From NCBI GenBank assembly GCA_004431415.1, contig QPMI01000453.1, positions 598,330 to 662,329 of the forward strand: a stretch of 64,000 bases of DNA. Reading direction: 5' to 3'. The position numbers and the translations under genes were made by a program. The notes under the pieces were generated by a model that saw nothing but the letters and a program-made list of their open reading frames with translations, ran no database searches and was not told the origin of the DNA. Shown here in pieces: positions 57,968 to 64,000 of this stretch (the stretch's first letter is position 1; each line of letters opens with the position of its first letter). The DNA is from Cyanophora paradoxa CCMP329 (taxonomy: Eukaryota > Plantae > Glaucophyta).

Positions 57968-58976
57968 TTACGCAAAATTCGCAATAACCGGATAAGATGG
58001 ATGGGTTTCCGCCATCCTCCTCTTGAAATATTCATACACAGGATCACCAGCAGGTTCATCACCATATCGAATTTCGAAGGTGAGATGCACAGGTTGACCC
58101 TCGAAATCAATTGGTTCATTAATTGCATTCACAATGTCAACCGAAAATGTGGAAAGTCCCAGATTCTTGTTATAGTATTTATAAATCGGATGGGCTTCTG
58201 TCGAATTATAAACGACATGCTCACCATAATCTTTATCTGGAACCACGATTTTGTGGAAATATCCAGTGAGGAGACCATCACCACATTGAACCAGATCACC
58301 CAACTCCTTTACTCTCACAAACAGAACACTATCCCTGGTCTTTTCAGGTTCAAATGAAGATATGATACCATGCACCATCGACCCAGTAAAGATACCATCA
58401 GTCAGAGTATTATAAACTTGTGATTGGATTGGTGTGTTACCATATCTCCCAGGATCAAGACCAAGCAGTCGAGCAGAACTCAAAACCTCTGAATCTGTGC
58501 CTGGGTTGGGTTAATTGCGGTTGAGAAAGCCAGGTAAAACGGTATGGTTGAATGGAATATAACTCGTTTCAGTGTATCATCCCATTTGCAACGAATAGCT
58601 ACTGCTGGTTCTCTCAATGCAAGTTTGGAGTTAATTACATTCACCAGTTGTTGGTGGTTTTGAATGGGTGTGCTGCGACTTATCACAATGTGTTTCCATG
58701 ATTCATAATCAGCAGCAGGTCGATCAGTTGGAATACCAGTGCTTCCTGCACCAGAAAGATATTCAGACCAATAAAGGTAGAATGCATTATCTATTGTCAC
58801 ATCTCCTACTTTGGTTTCACCACTCACCATGGGGATGCTGTTATAGAATTCTGCTGAGACCAGTCTTACTGCTCTTACAAATTCATATGTGCTGGGGAGG
58901 CGAGCAATAAACTCGAAGTAGGTCCATCTCCCGAAATTGTATTGAAAGAGCTCACTTCAATGTAATCCACAGGCAT
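57968..58976 (-). CDS. Minor capsid (penton-like) protein 1, two frameshifts
   Basis: Joined reading MPVDYIEVSSFN...SSFIARLPSTYEFVRAVRLVSAEFYNSIP...LSTFSVDIVNAINEPIDFEGQPVHLTFEI fits the PLV/virophage penton pattern. Confidence 0.72.
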
Positions 58977-59003
58977 CTTCTTTATCTATAAACATATATT
59001 AAA

Positions 59004-59933
59004 ATGATTCGGCTGGTCAATATAGATAGCAGAGACCGATCAGATGGACAAATAGAAAACTCCTACAAAGTTTCACTCACAACCCCAGTGACCAAACCAA
59101 GAGAATGTCGAGTTTTGTATGCAGAGATCCCCAACAGCATCTATAACTCCATTGGAACAGACCACCTTCTTGTCAGATTCTACTACCAAGGCATCTCTGA
59201 AACCAAGCAGGTCTTCCTTCTCCCAAGTGGTTACATAAATCAAGGTCATTTCGGGTCACCACTCCATATAATTATGGTCTGAATTTCACATTTACTGGGA
59301 GCAACAATCTCACATATGCATTCAAGGTCTACTACAACCCTACCTCCTACAAATTGGAGTTTTACAGTAATGTTCAATTCGATATGGTTGCATCTACACA
59401 GAGATTGGGTAAACTTCTTGGTGTGAGTTCAGTGGAGTGGGTGGCTTCCACTGAACAGATTTACGATTTCCCAGAGTCTGCAAGGTCTTTATATGCCCCC
59501 GAGAATTTCCTTTATTTCGCAGGAATACCAATCACCCAAACCATCCCCAATGGGGAATCACATTCACAGGATATGAATTCGAGGCATCTCGCTTAAACTA
59601 CAAGTTAGAAGCTTCCAAGATGACAGATATGAATGCAGAACAGTATTTATACATGCACATTAAAGAACTCTCCCCATTTGCTACAAACCACAATATTGTC
59701 CCACAATCTCAACCACAGAATCAAGGAGCGATTCTCAGATTGCAATTAAGTAAAGATATTGGACAGTATGTTTATCACAGTGGAGAGCACAGTGAATACA
59801 TAAAAATAACCGATCGAACCTTGTGATTAGAGAGTTAACAGTTGAGTTTCGCGATTATTATGGTGATCTTGTAGATATGAATGGAATTGACAACTCATTC
59901 CAGTTAGAGTTCTTGGCTATTGGTAATGATTAA
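59004..59933 (+). CDS. Minor capsid (penton-like) protein 2, several frameshifts
   Basis: MIRLVNIDSRDRSDG...SYKVSLTTP...VLYAEIPNSIYN...QYLYMHIKEL...IRELTVEFRDYYGDLVDMNGIDNSFQLEF. Confidence 0.8.
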
Positions 59934-60219
59934 ACCGATCCTGATAGAAGAACTCCCCATCTGTCTCGAAAATATTAAGAATGGGACTCTTTCGATCTTC
60001 TGTATACCATCGGCGAATTGTCTTATCCCATTTAGCACCATTCTTTTTCAAGAATCTACAAAGAGTTGATCTCCTTGTAATTCGCAATCCCATCTCTTGA
60101 AAGATCTCATAATGATCTTGTATTCTTTTCACAATCAAGATGTAAGTCCCATGGAAATTGTGATATTGCTGGTTAATCGGCATGTTTCCTTTACAGCATG
60201 ATGGGAAATCGTTTGTCAT
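59917..60219 (-). CDS. Hypothetical protein with a GAKWD-x4-WY motif (DUF5710-like)
   Basis: FLKKNGAKWDKTIRRWY. Likely start is MTNDF at 60219, just outside the right TIR. Confidence 0.45.
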   Translation of the reverse strand: MTNDFPSCCKGNMPINQQYHNFHGTYILIVKRIQDHYEIFQEMGLRITRRSTLCRFLKKNGAKWDKTIRRWYTEDRKSPILNIFETDGEFFYQDRFNHYQ

Positions 60220-60230
60220 TTTTTGGCGAA

Positions 60231-61822
60231 ACGAGAGTATCTCATGAGATAGATGAGAGAATAACAGGTGTGTTTTCAGGGTTGGAGAAATCGGAGAAAC
60301 ATAGAGTATTGCGATTTCCGAGTTAGTTGACACTGAGAAATTCAGAATTTCAGATGGTCTTACTGAAATGGTCAGATAATCGGGTGTGACACCTATTTAA
60401 TTGACTGTGACGCCTCTTTAATTGACTGTGACGCCTGTGACGCCTGTGACGCCTACTTTCAAACTTTCTAAAATTTTCAAAAATGACAGACTTCTGAAAA
60501 CAGCCGTCACAGCCGTCACAGGCGTCACACCCAATTAAAAATGGAATCTATCTCTCTTACTGGGATATTCAAAATATATTCTTGTCTTACTGAAATCCGT
60601 CTTGTGACACCTCTGACACCTACAAACACTATCCATTAATCCACCTTCTCGAAAATGCGAAGTTGTCTTACTGGAAATGGTCTGCAATTTCGCTGTGACA
60701 CCTAAATTAATTGAGTGTGACGCCTGTGACGCCTGTGACGCCTACTTTCAAACTTTTTAAAATTTCAAAAATGACAGACTTCTGAAAACAGGCGTCACAG
60801 CCGTCACAGGCGTCACAGACATTCTGCCCCCCTTACTACTCTTCTCAAAAACAGAAATATATCTTACTGAATATCATTTGAATACTATCTGTCACACTTG
60901 ATTTCATTTATTCTGTTTTATAGAACATCTGCAATCTAATCGATTGATCAATTGGAGACCATGCAACTCTGTGACACCTAAGTTATTGAGTGTGACGCCT
61001 GTGACGCCTGTGACACCTACTTTCAAACTTTTTAAATTTTCAAAAATGACAGACTTCTGAAAACAGGCGTCACAGCCGTCACAGGCGTCACAGCCGTCAC
61101 AGGCGTCACAGACATTCCACCCCTCTTACTGACTTTCTCAAAACAAAACTATCTCTTACTGAATATCATTTGAATACTACCTGTCACACTTGATCTCAAT
61201 TATTCTGTTTTATAGAACATATGCAATATAATCGATTGTTTAATTGGACGTGATGCAGTTCCGATATATTCCAATAGAAAATCCGCAATCTGATCGATTG
61301 TTTAATTGGACATAATGCAACTCTGTGACACTCTTTCGGTGCAAAAATGTAAATCCGCAATTCCATCGATTGTTTAATTGGACATAATGCAACTCTGTGA
61401 CAGTTTTTGCGTTTTCCGATACAAAATGGGCGGTGGTCTACTTCAATACCGATGAGATATATCGAGTTTATGCGAATTTATGCGAATTTATGCGAATTAA
61501 TCGCGATTATATCGTTCTTTAAGTAGTTTAATGTTAATCAATCGAAGTTATATATGTAATCGACAAAGAACATAATTTATCGATATAATATCGATTGAAT
61601 CAATCGTGAATATGCATTAAATTAAACGCGTTATCATTTTTAATACGAAGTTTGCATTAATTTATACAAAGTTTGCATAAAAAGTTAAAGAAATTAATCG
61701 ATAAATATGTATTTTAGTATTAAATTAACACATATTGAAAACGAATTTAAATCCAGAGTGAATCGAGATCGCGAAGCGATCGAGATGAACGAGGGATTTA
61801 AATTCGTTTTTTCAATATGTGT
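60231..61822 (-). repeat. Right terminal inverted repeat (1592 bp) with three iteron modules and a terminal hairpin at ~61728-61822
   Basis: Reverse complement of the left TIR, with an extra ~275-bp duplicated block (~60693-60968 vs ~60969-61250). Ends ...TTCAATATGTGT. Confidence 0.95.
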
Positions 61823-63600
61823 GCTGTGGTGGATCAGGAAGGCCCCGTACGTGATCCGCACCACCGCCGAGTAGGGGAACATGTCGAGCCCGCGCCTGAA
61901 GATGTTCTCCGCGATCTCGACCGCCCGCGGGCTGCTGTGCTCCTCCAGGAAGCGCGTCGCGACCTCGACGTGCCAGGCGCGGTCCAGCGCCAGGCCGTAG
62001 GCCCGCCCCGTGCAGAGGTACCGCCGGTAGTAGAAGCCGCAGTAGTAGTAGCCGAGGGCGCCGGCGGGGACGATGCCGAGGATCATGAGCGTGTAGAAGG
62101 CGGCGGGCGTGGTCGACTCGCGGAGCCGCTTGTCGGCGGCGCCCTCGAGGAACATGAAGATGGAGATCCACAGGAAGGCAGCGTACGACGCGCAGCGCAG
62201 CTGGTTCATCCACAGGCGGAAGAAGGGGTAGTATCTACGCACAAATGTTTAAGACTGAATACAAAAAGCGGCCCATGACCATGACAAGGCACGCACGCGA
62301 GGACCGACCAGAGGCGGCTGCGACGCAGGCGACGGAGAGGGCGCCGTGAGCGTCTGGTTGAAGTCGGTGTAGCAGAGGACGACCTGGACCGCCAGCATCG
62401 CCGTCAGGTTCATGAGCTCGCTGCGCGACTGCCGCGGTTGAACAGACGCCCTTGCTGTACGGGTTGCTGCGCCCAGGACAAGTCAGGGTCGTCGCGTGGC
62501 GCTGGCCCGGCGGCCTTGGATGCATGCGCAGGCCATGCTCGCCTCTCATAGTAGAAGAGGCCTGCACTCGGCACAGGCATTCACGATATCGATTAGTCGA
62601 CGAACGTCAGAGCGCGAAATATTCGCGGTTCGATATTTCGCGATCGCGGACCGTAGCTGTACGTGAGCAGCAGGAAGGCGAAAGCGGTGACGCCCGTGAC
62701 GGCGCACATCATGACGTGGTAGGCCCCCAGCACGTCACCTCGGGAAGCTGCGCGCGCCCGTGGCGGTCAGATCTAGAGAGAGCGAAGCCCTCGAGCCGAG
62801 GGTGGGGGCGGGACCTGTAGTGGGGGTCGCCCGAGGCCCGGGCTGCGGCAGTCGTAGACCTCGAGGAGGACCACCAGAAATGGGATGTAGACCGCGTTCG
62901 GGAACACTGCGCGCGCCGATAGCGATATCGATATCGATCCAGGCCCAGGGGGGGACTCGAGCTCGCGATCGAGCGCACAGTGCCCGAAGACGCGGAGGTA
63001 GCGCAGGGGGAACTTGAACTTGAAGCTGCAGGCACAGGGCCAGGGCGTCGGCGCGGTGAAGTACGAGACGAGTGGTTCAAGGCCCGCACCTGTGCATGCT
63101 AAAGGCGTACCCCACGTACGCGGCGTTCATCGCGGCGATCCAAATGACGGCGGAGACGAAGCCGTACAGGATCGTGAACTGCGCGCACGCGCGGAATTCA
63201 ACTTCCCTTCGGGCGTGAGACGGAGCGGGTCTGGCCAAGGATGGGCCCACCGCTCCAGGTCCACCAGACGCCGTCGAACCGGAACCAGTCGTGGAGGAAG
63301 TGGCCCAGCTCCTGTGGGCGCCGGGGCGCGGCCGGGTGATCAGGAGACGGGCGCCGGTCAATTGCAAGCAGGGCAGGCGGACTCGGGCGGACCGTGTAGG
63401 GCCCGCCCCAGGGGACGGGTTCCCGTTGACGCCGGGGAGCCCCAGAACATCATGCACATCGCTGCGGGGGCGCGGCGTGAGGGCGACGGCGACCTCGGGT
63501 CGGCGGGCGGGGCGGGCCGGCGAGGGCGCACGCATGAGGAGGACGAGGTGACCTGCACGACGAGGTCGAAGACCTGCCAGCGCTGCTCCGGCTCGTGTCT
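61823..63600 (-). CDS. TmcB-like multi-pass membrane protein (N-terminal part), multi-exon, interrupted mid-exon by the virus; start approximate
   Basis: Exons FTILYGFVSAVIWIAAMNAAYVGYAF, FPLRYLRVF, VYIPFLVVLLE, YYPFFRLWMNQLR and HVEVATRFL...AENIFRRGLDMFPYSAVVRITYGAFLIHHS|viral end. Confidence 0.65.
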
Positions 63601-64000
63601 TTAATGGCCACCAGGGCGATGCCGAATATAGTCGTGCGGACGGACTCCAGGGCGACGCGGACTTCCCCGATCGCCCCGGGCGCCTCCGTCCGACTCGAGG
63701 CCCACGACCCCGCCTGCGAGCCGCCCCCGTGCGACGAGGCGCCATCCCCGCCCGCCTTCCTCCGCCGAACCACCATCCCCGAGCCTCACCCGACGCCGAG
63801 CCCCGCGGCCGGGGCTCGGCTGCAAGCTGATGAAGCTGGGCCGAAAGGAAGCGCAGCTCTCGAAAGGAGATCTTTGCAGACTCGGCTCTCGATTCCGCTG
63901 CCAGCTGTTGGGCCCACGCGTATACTTGTTCTCGTCGAAACTGTCACGGCGGCGGCTTCGAATTCCGTAGATCCGCGGCCACTCCTTGCACAGCACGCCC

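Larger units (their letters stand above)
32998..61822. mobile_element. Endogenous Polinton-like virus (PLV), 28,825 bp
   Basis: Abrupt GC-rich to AT-rich transition at both ends, long TIRs starting 5'-ACACATATTG, and intron-less genes for MCP, pentons, packaging ATPase, pPolB, rve integrase and primase-helicase. Confidence 0.95.

Noticed and set aside
34937-58357. Plus-strand ORFs antisense to viral genes (e.g. 34937-35497, 45503-45961, 51918-52451, 57962-58357)
   Set aside because: They are shadows of motif-bearing minus-strand genes.
60220-60333. N-terminal extension of ORF 59917-60333
   Set aside because: Most of it is TIR sequence antisense to the duplicated AdoMetDC tail; the ATG at 60219 is the more plausible start.
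32998-61822. Classification as a mavirus-type virophage or canonical Maverick
   Set aside because: No cysteine protease was recognised, and the MCP size and motifs look PLV/NCLDV-like. This remains provisional until profile searches are run.
61694-61822. C-terminal tail of ORF 61694-62242 as part of the host protein
   Set aside because: After ...LIHHS the frame simply reads into the viral terminal hairpin.

Overview
This is GC-rich, intron-dense eukaryotic DNA, probably from a flagellated photosynthetic protist (a glaucophyte such as Cyanophora is an inference). It carries a sharply delimited, AT-rich, intron-less 28.8-kb endogenous Polinton-like virus (PLV) at 32998-61822. Host genes at 1-24000 are OSBP, CCDC66/CSPP1-like, a PWWP protein, a Zn-alcohol dehydrogenase, PIERCE-like, HHL1-like, NDUFAF7/MidA-like, ERp29-like and an RluE-like pseudouridine synthase. 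Satellite arrays lie at 28849-32997, and a TmcB-like membrane protein gene is cut by the right viral end. The virus has 1.4/1.6-kb terminal inverted repeats (TIRs) ending in 95-nt hairpins. Its core genes are a double-jelly-roll major capsid protein, two divergently transcribed penton-like genes, an A32/FtsK packaging ATPase, an rve integrase, a protein-primed PolB with an apparently degenerate proofreading domain, and a primase-polymerase/D5-SF3 helicase; no cysteine protease was recognised. Accessory genes include an AdoMet decarboxylase, a patatin-discoidin fusion, a ~2000-aa fibre with an S74 chaperone domain, and Zn-ribbon/Vsr-like nuclease genes. The most novel signal is an inverted-iteron/AT-rich module resembling SaPI and P4 origins. 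It sits directly downstream of the helicase gene and is repeated twice in the left TIR and three times in the right. Many viral genes are split by single-base frameshifts, several in homopolymers, so these may be long-read errors. All family calls come from motif recognition by eye; no searches were run.
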